Part shown: positions 56,012-64,000 of the stretch, one piece after another | Layout of the letters: each line of letters opens with the position of its first letter | Numbering within the stretch: the stretch's first letter is position 1 | NCBI GenBank assembly: GCA_963703225.1 | Contig: OY969801.1 | Coordinates: forward strand, 1,248,001 to 1,312,000 | Direction: 5' to 3' | DNA from: Candidatus Eiseniibacteriota bacterium | GTDB taxonomy: Bacteria > Eisenbacteria > RBG-16-71-46 > SZUA-252 | Length of the DNA stretch: 64,000 nt | Notes under the pieces: generated by a model | Database searches by the model: none | What the model was told of the DNA's origin: nothing | What the model saw: the letters and a program-made list of their open reading frames with translations, nothing else | Position numbers and translations under genes: made by a program

Positions 56012-58819
56012 ATGAGGAAGTCTGGGTACCTCGCAGTACTGACAGCGGCCATTTGCCTTGGCGCCGCGTCACCCGCCAAAGCGCAGTACTACGCCTTCGG
56101 CAAAAACAAGGTTCAGTACGAGAACTTCCACTGGCTCACCCTGAAGGGGGAGCACGTCGAGGTGTTTTACTACCAGCAAGAAGAGCCGATCGCGCGGCTG
56201 GCGCTCGTGTTTGCCGAGGAGAGCTACAAGGATCTCGCGGCCAAGTTCCAGCACGAGGTCCCACGGATGATCCCGCTGATCGTCTACAGCTCGCACCACC
56301 ATTTCGAGCAGACGAACGTGAGCCCGTTCTTCGTCCCGGAGGGTGTCCAGGGCTTCACCGAATTCATGAAGGGTCGGGTGGTGCTCCCCTACACCGGGTC
56401 GTTCGCGGAATTTCACCACGTGCTCCACCACGAGATGGTGCACGTCTTCCAATTCTCGATTCTCGACGAGACCTATCAGAAACACCGCCGCGCCGGCTTC
56501 ATGGTCCCGCCGCTCTGGTTCTCGGAAGGGCAGGCCGAGTACTGGTCGACGAATTGGGACGCCCAGGGAACCATGGTCCTCTCCGACATGGTGCTCGAGG
56601 GCCGCCTTCCCGAGATCAACGACCTCTGGCGCTACGACGGCACCTTCACGGTCTACAAGCTGGGTCAATCGCTCTGCCAGTACATCGGCGAGACCTATGG
56701 CCAGGACGCCCTCCGAAGGCTCTACACCGAGATCTACAAGGAGGACACGTTCGAGAAGCTGCTCCAGCGGGTGACCGGGGTTCCCGTGCGTCGCCTCTCC
56801 GAGGACTGGATCCTCGCCATGAAACGGCGCTACTACCCGGAGGTGAAGGATCGCGCCGCCCTGGCCACCGCGGCGCAAGAGCGCGCGGTGGCGCAGGGCA
56901 TGAACCTCAAGCCGATCGCCGTGCCCGACACGTCGGCGCTTGGAGGGAATCGATACCTGTTCATCTCCGCCCGGAGCGGCTACACGAACATCTACAGCGC
57001 CACCTACCGCGGCTCGGAGCGGAACGTCAAGTCGATCGTCCGCGGTCAACGCGGATCCCAGTTTGAATCGTTCCATCCGTTTGAGAGCCGGATCGATGTG
57101 TCGCGCCGAAGCGAGCTGGCCTTTGTTTCCAAGTGGAACGGCCGGGACGCGCTCTTCGTGATGGATCTCCAGAAAGGGGAGATCCGGCTCCGCCGTCACA
57201 TCGACGGCCTGATCTCGCTCGCATCGCCGGCCTGGTCGCGGGACGGGACCCAGATCGCCTTCTCGGGGCTCAGCCCCTCGGGGCAGTCCGATCTCTACGT
57301 CCTCTCGCGGGACACGGGCGCGATCCGACGCCTGACCAACGACTATTACGCGGACGTCGATCCGACCTGGTCACCCGATGGAAAGGAGATCGCGTTCTCA
57401 TCCGATCGCACTCGGTACGGGAAGGAGGGCCATCACAACCTCTTCGTGCTCGACGTCGAATCGCTCGAGATTCGGTATCTCACGTGCGGTCCCTGGATCG
57501 ACCAGACCCCTTCCTGGTCTCCCGACGGCTCCCAAATCGCGTTCACATCGGACCGGGAGGGAATGTTCGGGATCTACACCGTCGATCGGGAAGGGAATGG
57601 ATCCCGCGCCTCGCGGCTTCTCGGCACCACGCTCGACCCCGCCTGGCTACCCAACGGAAAGGGATTTCTCTTCACCGGCTTCAATCGCGGTGGCTTTGGC
57701 ATCTACGAGATGCCGCTCAACACCCCCGCGGCCGGCGACTCCTTCTCGCTCGACACCGCGCTGGCGCAGGGTCCGCCGCAGTGGAATTGGCAGGAGGCGG
57801 CGGTGCTGTCGAAGGAGCCCCCGGCCCCCTACGAGCCCCACTACGGGCTCGATCTGGTCCAGGGCGGCCTCTCGGTGGCGCCCACCGACAATGTCGTGGG
57901 GGGCTTCCAAGGCGCCTTCAGCGATCTCTTGGGGAACCACGTCTACTACTTCCAGGTCGGGAACAACGCGCAGCAGGTCTCTCAGCTCCTGAGCCGAATG
58001 AACATCGGGGTCTGGAGCATCAATCGGCAGCATCGCTGGAACTACGGCGTGGGACTCTTCCACACGGCGGGTGACTATCTGGACGTCGCGGGCCTCGACT
58101 ATTTTGAGCGGCGCGCGGGCGGATCCTTGGTGGCCAGCTACCCCTTCTCACGCTTCCGCCGCGTCGACGGCTCGATGTCCATCTACTACGACCTGAAGGA
58201 CCGGCACTATGGATTTGAGCGGGAGGGGATCCTCGCGACCCACTCGCTCTCGCTCGTCAGTGACAACACGCTCTGGTACTCGACCGGCCCCAGGGATGGG
58301 TCGCGGCTCAACCTCACCGGGGCCATCACCACCAACCTGAATACCGGACGAAATGAAAACGTCAGCGTCCTCGCGGACATCCGTCGCTACTTCCGCGTCA
58401 GCCAGATGACCTCGGTCGCCATGCGGGTCCAAGCGCGGGCCAGCAACGGCGCCGATCCCCAGCGCTTCGTGATGGGGGGAAGCCTCTCGATGCGCGGCTA
58501 CCCGAGGCAGTCCTTCGAAGGGACCCGGCTCTTCATGGCCAACGTGGAGTACCGTTTCCCGCTCCTTCGCCGCGTGGTCCTCGGCGTTCCGTTCGATGGG
58601 TTTGGCCTCCCCGAGCTGGAGGGCGCGGCGTTCGTGGACGCCGGGTCGGCCTGGGAAAAATTTGAGACCATGCCCAAGCCCGTGGGGAGCTTCGGCTTCG
58701 GCCTTCGAATGAACCTCGGCGGCTTCATGGTCTTGCGCTATGATTTCGCCAGGTTGACCAACTTCGAGCGAGTGCGGCCGGGCTGGGAGCGGGAGTTCTA
58801 CCTGGGGTTTGACTACTAA
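56012..58819 (+). CDS. Exported protein: peptidase-MA-like HExxH domain + PD40/TolB-like beta-propeller + Omp85/BamA-type beta-barrel
   Basis: Signal peptide ending AKA-Q; HEMVH and PLWFSEGQAEY; repeated P.WSPDG..IAF; MRGY motif, NVEYRFP, AFVDAG, C-terminal FYLGFDY. Confidence 0.85.
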   Translation: MRKSGYLAVLTAAICLGAASPAKAQYYAFGKNKVQYENFHWLTLKGEHVEVFYYQQEEPIARLALVFAEESYKDLAAKFQHEVPRMIPLIVYSSHHHFEQTNVSPFFVPEGVQGFTEFMKGRVVLPYTGSFAEFHHVLHHEMVHVFQFSILDETYQKHRRAGFMVPPLWFSEGQAEYWSTNWDAQGTMVLSDMVLEGRLPEINDLWRYDGTFTVYKLGQSLCQYIGETYGQDALRRLYTEIYKEDTFEKLLQRVTGVPVRRLSEDWILAMKRRYYPEVKDRAALATAAQERAVAQGMNLKPIAVPDTSALGGNRYLFISARSGYTNIYSATYRGSERNVKSIVRGQRGSQFESFHPFESRIDVSRRSELAFVSKWNGRDALFVMDLQKGEIRLRRHIDGLISLASPAWSRDGTQIAFSGLSPSGQSDLYVLSRDTGAIRRLTNDYYADVDPTWSPDGKEIAFSSDRTRYGKEGHHNLFVLDVESLEIRYLTCGPWIDQTPSWSPDGSQIAFTSDREGMFGIYTVDREGNGSRASRLLGTTLDPAWLPNGKGFLFTGFNRGGFGIYEMPLNTPAAGDSFSLDTALAQGPPQWNWQEAAVLSKEPPAPYEPHYGLDLVQGGLSVAPTDNVVGGFQGAFSDLLGNHVYYFQVGNNAQQVSQLLSRMNIGVWSINRQHRWNYGVGLFHTAGDYLDVAGLDYFERRAGGSLVASYPFSRFRRVDGSMSIYYDLKDRHYGFEREGILATHSLSLVSDNTLWYSTGPRDGSRLNLTGAITTNLNTGRNENVSVLADIRRYFRVSQMTSVAMRVQARASNGADPQRFVMGGSLSMRGYPRQSFEGTRLFMANVEYRFPLLRRVVLGVPFDGFGLPELEGAAFVDAGSAWEKFETMPKPVGSFGFGLRMNLGGFMVLRYDFARLTNFERVRPGWEREFYLGFDY

Positions 58820-59708
58820 GAGATCGCGCCCGAATCGGCCGCCGGTGGGCTGGCTTTGGCTCGCCGGGCTGCTCGCATTGACCTCCGGGTGGACCGCGGC
58901 CGCGGGCGCCGATTCGGGCGTGGGCACCGATTCGGGCGCGGCGCCGCCCGACTCCGCGGTCGGCCAGGCGACCCTCCGAGTCCAATCCCTCCCAACCGGG
59001 CTCCAAGTCCTCGTCGACTCCGTCCTGGTGGGACGCACGCCCATCGATTCGCTCTCCCTTCCGCCGGGCACGGTCCGCATCCGCGTCCTCGCGGCGGATC
59101 CGCGGCGGTTCAACCCCGCTCCGGACGCCGCCGTCGTGACGCTCCGTCGCGGCGCGACGGTCTCGATCACTTTCGATCTACGGCCCTCCATCGTCGTTCG
59201 AACGGATCCGGAACCGGCCTCGATCCTGCTCGTGGGCCGCCCCGCTTCGGCGGCAGACAGCTTGCTCGGCGAAACCCCGCTCTCGATTCGGCCCTCGGTG
59301 CTCGAAGCTGGCCGCCTTCGGCTCACACGCGCTTCCTTCGCCGATACGACCCTCCCGAGCACCTCTTTCCTGGGGGATTCGACGCTCGTGCTTCGAGTCC
59401 GGCTCCGGCCCGTCCCGACCCTGGCCGCGCCGCCGCCCGCGCTCACCTCCGGGGCGCCGATCTACCGCAAGGCGTGGTTCCAGTGGACGCTCATTGGAAT
59501 TGGCACGGCTCTCTCGGGCGCGGCGGTCTACTTTCATCACGAAGGGGACGACCGCTACGACCAGTACCTCCAGTCCTCGGACGTTTCCGAAATCGAGGAC
59601 CTCTATGATCAGACGATCCGCTACGACCGGTGGGCGGCCGGGTCGCTGATCGTGGGGCAGATCTGCCTGATCGGCGGCGTCATGCTCTTGGTTACGGGGC
59701 AAAGATGA
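58809..59708 (+). CDS. PEGA-domain exported or membrane protein; start uncertain
   Basis: Signal-like segment; LRVQSLPTG..V.VD...VGRTP and VRTDPEPA...LGETP; C-terminal hydrophobic hairpin. Confidence 0.7.
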   Translation: MTTKRSRPNRPPVGWLWLAGLLALTSGWTAAAGADSGVGTDSGAAPPDSAVGQATLRVQSLPTGLQVLVDSVLVGRTPIDSLSLPPGTVRIRVLAADPRRFNPAPDAAVVTLRRGATVSITFDLRPSIVVRTDPEPASILLVGRPASAADSLLGETPLSIRPSVLEAGRLRLTRASFADTTLPSTSFLGDSTLVLRVRLRPVPTLAAPPPALTSGAPIYRKAWFQWTLIGIGTALSGAAVYFHHEGDDRYDQYLQSSDVSEIEDLYDQTIRYDRWAAGSLIVGQICLIGGVMLLVTGQR

Positions 59709-61012
59709 AGCTCTCGCGCCGTGCCGGACCCCTCGCCGTGATTTCCATCGTGTCGGGGCTGGCGTTCGCGGCGGCCCTGCTCGGCGGGTGCGCCGAGCGA
59801 GATCGGTTGAACCCCCTCGACCCGATGAACGAGACCACGTCCGGAATGATCGCGGGGTTCGGCGCGCTCGCGGGCAACGCCCAGGTCGAGATCCGCTGGC
59901 AGCGATTGCCGCAGAAGGACGTCTCCGACTACCGCCTCTTGCGTTGGCGGCCAGGCGAGTCGCCCCGCTATCTCCCCGAGTCTTACGAAAACGGAATCGC
60001 GGGCGCGGTCGATTCCCTGCTTCCGAACGGAGAGACGTACATCTACCGCCTCGTGGCACGCTTCACCTCGGGGGACAGCGCGGTGAGCCCGCCCGATACC
60101 GCGACAACGGGAACCCGGAGGTTCGCGGTTCTCTCCGCTGGGGTTCCGGGCCTGATCGGGCTGACCCCCGATGCCAGGGACGTCCTCTTCACCCAGCCCT
60201 CGACCGAAGCCTTCGAGGACATGGAAGTCGACCGGACGCGCGACGTGCTCTGGCTCACGCTTCCGGGCGAGGGGCGGGTGCTGCGGACCTACTTCGACGG
60301 GAGGCTGGCTGGAACCACGCTCGACCTCAACGGCCCGACCGACGTGTCGGTCTCGAACCAGCGGGGGATCGGCTGGGTGGCGCTCCCTCACGACTTCGTC
60401 GTGCGGGCGTTCGGCCCTGACCTGAACAGCACGACGCCCTTCGACGACATCGCGGGAGTCGGCGAGGCGCACGTGGTTGAGGCCGGAACGGCCGACCAGA
60501 GCGTTTGGATCGGAAACGAATCGGGGGTGGTCTATCGCTTCGCTCCCGCCGCCGGCCCCCTCCTGGGCAGCTGGAGCTTGGGGGGCCAGGTGGTCGCGAT
60601 CGCGCTCGATGAGGCCATGCGCCGCGCCTGGGTCGCCACGCGAGGCGCGAGCGGGGACGCGCTGTTCAGGATCGACGGCAACGACTCCACCGTGACCCCC
60701 CTGCCGGGACTCTGGAGCAATATCGCCGACCTCGACGTCGATTCCGGGAGTCGATCGCTCTGGATCAGCGAGCGCGGGCCGCCGGGCTTGGGCCTCGGGC
60801 GTCTTTCCCGCGCATCGGACTTGGGCGTGATCCAGGCGGGCGTCACCGGCATCGAACCATTTGGGATCACGACCGACCCTGCCAGCGGGGACTGCTGGGC
60901 GTCGGAATTGAAGTCGAACCGGGTGATCGAGGTCACGCCGAGCGGCTCCATCGTGCGCTGGTCGGCGTCGATCGATGTCCCCTACGCGGTCCGTTTGGTC
61001 GGGGGACCGTAG
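59705..61012 (+). CDS. Lipoprotein with FN3-like domain and beta-propeller repeats
   Basis: Lipobox LGG-C then RLNPLDP; AGNAQVEIRW...YRL...NGETYIYRL; repeated D....W(I/V/L) blades. Confidence 0.7.
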   Translation: MKLSRRAGPLAVISIVSGLAFAAALLGGCAERDRLNPLDPMNETTSGMIAGFGALAGNAQVEIRWQRLPQKDVSDYRLLRWRPGESPRYLPESYENGIAGAVDSLLPNGETYIYRLVARFTSGDSAVSPPDTATTGTRRFAVLSAGVPGLIGLTPDARDVLFTQPSTEAFEDMEVDRTRDVLWLTLPGEGRVLRTYFDGRLAGTTLDLNGPTDVSVSNQRGIGWVALPHDFVVRAFGPDLNSTTPFDDIAGVGEAHVVEAGTADQSVWIGNESGVVYRFAPAAGPLLGSWSLGGQVVAIALDEAMRRAWVATRGASGDALFRIDGNDSTVTPLPGLWSNIADLDVDSGSRSLWISERGPPGLGLGRLSRASDLGVIQAGVTGIEPFGITTDPASGDCWASELKSNRVIEVTPSGSIVRWSASIDVPYAVRLVGGP

Positions 61013-61027
61013 CCGCCCGGCTCGGGA

Positions 61028-61043
61028 TGGCATGGGCGTTGCA
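61028..61043 (+). promoter_or_regulatory. Putative sigma54 (-24/-12) promoter
   Basis: TGGCATGGGCGTTGCA has exact GG-N10-GC spacing with TGGCA and TTGCA boxes, in an intergenic region. Confidence 0.6.
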
Positions 61044-61235
61044 GATCGGTCCGCTTGCGCGCGGGTCGTTGCCCGAGTGGGGGCGCCAGCGCCGATCGGA
61101 TCTGCCGGTACCTCAAGCGGATACCGCCACCCATTCGAGCAGCACACGAATGGCAGAACATTGGAGGGCGGGATGCGTCCGCGGCCAGGGAACGGCTCCG
61201 CCAGTTGCACTCTGCAACGGTCAGGAGGACGGAAG

Positions 61236-61736
61236 ATGCCACGCAGCCGCCAGCCCAAGCTCGCGACGCTGGATGTCGCAGAGGAAGTCGCGCGCAAGGT
61301 CCCCGGGTACAAGGGGTATCAGGAGATCACCCAGCGCCGCGACGACGACCGCCGATTTCGCACCAGCATCGCGGAGCACCTGAACGGGGAAGCCCACCGA
61401 CTGGAGCGGATCGAGAGCCAGCAATTCCGCGAGGATTTCTCGGACTTGTTGGAGGAGGTCGACGCGGGCGCGAGGAAGCTGGAGTACCTCGCCGACGCGG
61501 TCTCCATCTCCACGCCGATGAGAGTGAACGGGCCGAGCAACGGAGCCCTCGACGCGCTCAGCCAAGTGGACCGGCAGATCGTGGAGGAGCTCGATGGTCT
61601 CCACCGCGTGGTCCACGAGCTGGAAAAAGCCTACATCCACGACGAGCGATTCGAGATGAACCTCTCGGAGCTTCGGGGGATCACCGAGCGCATCGCCGAC
61701 TACATCGAGCAGCGCAACGTGGCGCTGTCGCGCTGA
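61236..61736 (+). CDS. Conserved hypothetical helical protein
   Basis: AGGAGG SD; VPGYKGYQE..QRRDDDRRFR motif; acidic coiled-coil character. Confidence 0.75.
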   Translation: MPRSRQPKLATLDVAEEVARKVPGYKGYQEITQRRDDDRRFRTSIAEHLNGEAHRLERIESQQFREDFSDLLEEVDAGARKLEYLADAVSISTPMRVNGPSNGALDALSQVDRQIVEELDGLHRVVHELEKAYIHDERFEMNLSELRGITERIADYIEQRNVALSR

Positions 61737-61768
61737 CGGCGCGACGACGGAAAGCCGCGGGCCCCGCG

Positions 61769-61797
61769 TTGCCCGGGGCGGGCCCCTCCTGTATCCT
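61769..61797 (+). promoter_or_regulatory. Sigma70-type promoter candidate for the AlaX gene
   Basis: TTGCCC (61769-61774), 17-nt spacer, TATCCT (61792-61797). Confidence 0.45.
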
Positions 61798-61841
61798 TTC
61801 CTGGGTTCCCTTCCCGCTCACGCCATCGAGGGTTTTGGGCT

Positions 61842-63047
61842 TTGACCCGGCGTCTCTACTACGACGACTCCCACATTCGGAACTTCACCGCCACCGTGCG
61901 CGCCGTCCGCGACAAGGACGGTGGCCATTGGATCGCGCTCGACCAGACGGCGTTCTATCCCGGCGGGGGCGGACAGCCAGCCGACCGGGGCACGATCGGG
62001 GCCTGGTCCATGCTCGAGGTCCAGGAAAGCGAGGGCGACCTATGGCACCGCGTCGACGGGGACGCCGCTCCCGGCGCGAGCGTGGAATGCGCGGTGGATT
62101 GGGGACGCCGGTTTGACCACATGCAGCAGCACACCGGCCAGCACATCCTGTCCCGGTCCTTTGTCGAGGTAGCCCAGGCAGAAACCCGGTCGTTTCACCT
62201 CGGCGAGTCGGTCGTGACGATCGACGTCGACCACGCCGCGCCCGACCCCGCGCTGCTCCGGCGCGTCGAGGATCGAGCCAACCAAGTGGTCTGGGAGGAT
62301 CGACCGATCCTGACCCACCTCGTCACCCCAGAAGAGGCTCGCCGATTTCCCCTTCGAAAGCCGCCCGACGTCGAGGGGCAGATCCGCGTGGTCGAAGTGG
62401 CCGACTATGACTGGTCCGCTTGCGGCGGGACCCACGTGCGCCGCTCGGGAGAGGTGGGGGTGCTCTTGCTCCTCGGAACCGAGCGATACAAAGGGGGAAC
62501 GCGGATCTCCTTCGCCGCCGGGGGCAGGGTGCTTCGCCGCTCGCGCGATGTCGGTGAGCTCCTCAGGGGCGCTTGCCTGGAATTCACCTCCGGGGAGACG
62601 GATCTCCTGAAGGCCATCGCGCGTCTCAAGGATGAACGGGAGGCCCTCGATCGCCGGCTCAAGCCGCTCCTGAAGGAATCCTTGGAGCGGGAGGCGGAAC
62701 GGCTCTTGTCGGTGGCCCCCAACGGGGTGGCCGGGCCGGTTGTATCGCTATATGCGCCTGAGCGCTCGGCGGAAGAGCTCGGCCAGTTGGCGGGTCTCTT
62801 GGTGGCCCGGGGCGGAACCGCGCTCCTGATCTGCGGCGAAGAGACGCCGAGGGCGCACTTTTCGGCGCCGGCGGGTACAATATCCATGGGAGCTTTGCTC
62901 GGCGAGATCTGCCGTCGCCATGGCGGGCGGGGCGGCGGGCGCCCGGAATCGGCGCAGGGGACGATCCCGAGGGGGGCCGTGGAAGCGGCCCTCAAGGAAG
63001 CGTGCGATGCCGCGATGGGCCGGCCGGGAGAAGGGGCCGTGACATGA
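61842..63047 (+). CDS. Alanyl-tRNA editing protein (AlaX-like, with DHHA1 domain)
   Basis: TRRLYY, DQTAFYP.GGGQP.D, HMQQHTGQH, CGGTH, GRGGG..AQG. Confidence 0.88.
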   Translation: MTRRLYYDDSHIRNFTATVRAVRDKDGGHWIALDQTAFYPGGGGQPADRGTIGAWSMLEVQESEGDLWHRVDGDAAPGASVECAVDWGRRFDHMQQHTGQHILSRSFVEVAQAETRSFHLGESVVTIDVDHAAPDPALLRRVEDRANQVVWEDRPILTHLVTPEEARRFPLRKPPDVEGQIRVVEVADYDWSACGGTHVRRSGEVGVLLLLGTERYKGGTRISFAAGGRVLRRSRDVGELLRGACLEFTSGETDLLKAIARLKDEREALDRRLKPLLKESLEREAERLLSVAPNGVAGPVVSLYAPERSAEELGQLAGLLVARGGTALLICGEETPRAHFSAPAGTISMGALLGEICRRHGGRGGGRPESAQGTIPRGAVEAALKEACDAAMGRPGEGAVT

Positions 63048-64000
63048 GGATCGATATCGGGCAAATAGGGACGCGCACCGAGACGCGGCACCGGACCTTT
63101 CGGGGCATGCTCGCGTTATCGGTCTGCCTCGCGACCCTGCTGCTTTTGCCACCCGCCGCGTCCGCGCAGTTCTTCGGACAGAACAAGGTTCAGTACAAGC
63201 GCTTCAAGTGGAGCGTCCTCCGCACCCAGCACTTCGACATCCACTATTACCAGGGCACGGAGGCGGCGGTGAACGACGCCGCCCTCATGGCCGAGCGAGC
63301 CTACGCGAGGCTGAGCCGGGTCCTGAATCACCAAGTCCACGCCCGAGTCCCGCTCGTCCTCTACGCTTCCCACACCGATTTCGAGCAGACCAACATCACG
63401 CCGGAACTGCTCGGCATCGGTACGGGTGGGGTGACCGAGTTCCTCAAGCGCCGCGTATTTCTTCCGTTCACGGGGTCCTACGCGGAATTGGATCACGTCC
63501 TGACGCACGAGCTGGTGCACGCGTTTCAGGTCGACATCCTCTTCGGGGACAGTCAAGGCCTCCTGGGCAACCCGTTCGCCGCCTCCATCCCGGGTTGGTT
63601 CATGGAGGGGATGGCGGAATACCTCTCCATCGGGACGATCGACCCCAATACGGCGATGTGGCTCCGCGACGCGGCGCTGGAGGGGTACCTGATTCCGGTG
63701 GGGACGCTGAGCTACGTGGGCGACATCCGGGTCTATCGTTTTGGCCAGTCGATCTTCCAGTTCATCGCCGATCGCTACGGCATCGCCAAGATCGGCGAGC
63801 TGTTGAAGAAGACCCGCCGCCTGGGAAGCGTCGAGCACGCGTTCGAGTCGGCGACGGGGCTCTCGATCGACGTGCTCTCCAAGAAGTGGACCGAAGCGAT
63901 CCGGAAGGAGTACCTGCCGCAGATCGTCGACCACCAGGAGCCGAGCGCGATCGCGATGCGCCTGACCGACTCGGAGCGGGACCTTTCGAACTTCAACGTG
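63044..64000 (+). CDS. Paralog of the 56012 peptidase-MA/PD40/Omp85 protein, 3'-truncated by the window edge (absent from the ORF track)
   Basis: ATGA overlap with AlaX stop; signal peptide ASA-QFFGQNKVQY; FEQTN, GVTEFLK.RV.LPFTGS, HELVH, PGWFMEGMAEY. Confidence 0.85.
   Translation, partial: MRIDIGQIGTRTETRHRTFRGMLALSVCLATLLLLPPAASAQFFGQNKVQYKRFKWSVLRTQHFDIHYYQGTEAAVNDAALMAERAYARLSRVLNHQVHARVPLVLYASHTDFEQTNITPELLGIGTGGVTEFLKRRVFLPFTGSYAELDHVLTHELVHAFQVDILFGDSQGLLGNPFAASIPGWFMEGMAEYLSIGTIDPNTAMWLRDAALEGYLIPVGTLSYVGDIRVYRFGQSIFQFIADRYGIAKIGELLKKTRRLGSVEHAFESATGLSIDVLSKKWTEAIRKEYLPQIVDHQEPSAIAMRLTDSERDLSNFNV

Noticed and set aside
61051..61120. tRNA-like cloverleaf in the 61-kb intergenic region
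   Set aside because: No T-loop or D-loop consensus, and the inner stems are only 4 bp in GC-rich sequence
61151..61166. Second sigma54 site TGGCAGAACATTGGAG
   Set aside because: Lacks GC at the required GG-N10-GC spacing

Overview
A 64-kb, high-GC, gene-dense chromosomal segment of a diderm bacterium (it has a lipid A acyltransferase and Omp85-barrel proteins; a Ca. Eisenbacteria/FCB-type lineage is only my impression). It is mostly core genome: aroK-rsmD-coaD-FmdB-icd-obgE-HEAT-dprA-lpxL; a GAF/histidine-kinase-like gene; tRNA-Phe and tRNA-Thr; glmM-glmS-ridA-selD-selC; lepA-lepB-hemW; CIRCE-controlled hrcA-grpE-dnaJ-rsmE (no dnaK); rpsU-mutS2-dnaG-rpoD plus two tRNAs; an ABC exporter pair; suhB; aroC; RNase HI-rnpB; a nuo operon containing only A,C,E,H,J,K,L,M,N; three tandem M42 peptidases plus an aminotransferase; and an envelope cluster with two paralogous HExxH-peptidase genes (the complete one also has PD40 repeats and an Omp85-type barrel). 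I see no transposase, integrase, phage gene or CRISPR array. At least 14 single-base frameshifts (13 net +1) break 10 otherwise intact genes, which most likely reflects sequencing or assembly indels. The most interesting signals are: a pseudo-histidine kinase that has lost its phospho-His, N-box Asn and G1 Asp and carries a Cys4 N-terminus and a DRR-repeat tail; the tightly packed nuo operon missing B,D,F,G,I; the peptidase-propeller-Omp85 cluster; a catalytically degenerate third M42 subunit; and mutS2 lying in frame with rpsU behind a single amber stop with no canonical start before its conserved N-terminus. All calls come from motif recognition by eye; no searches were run.
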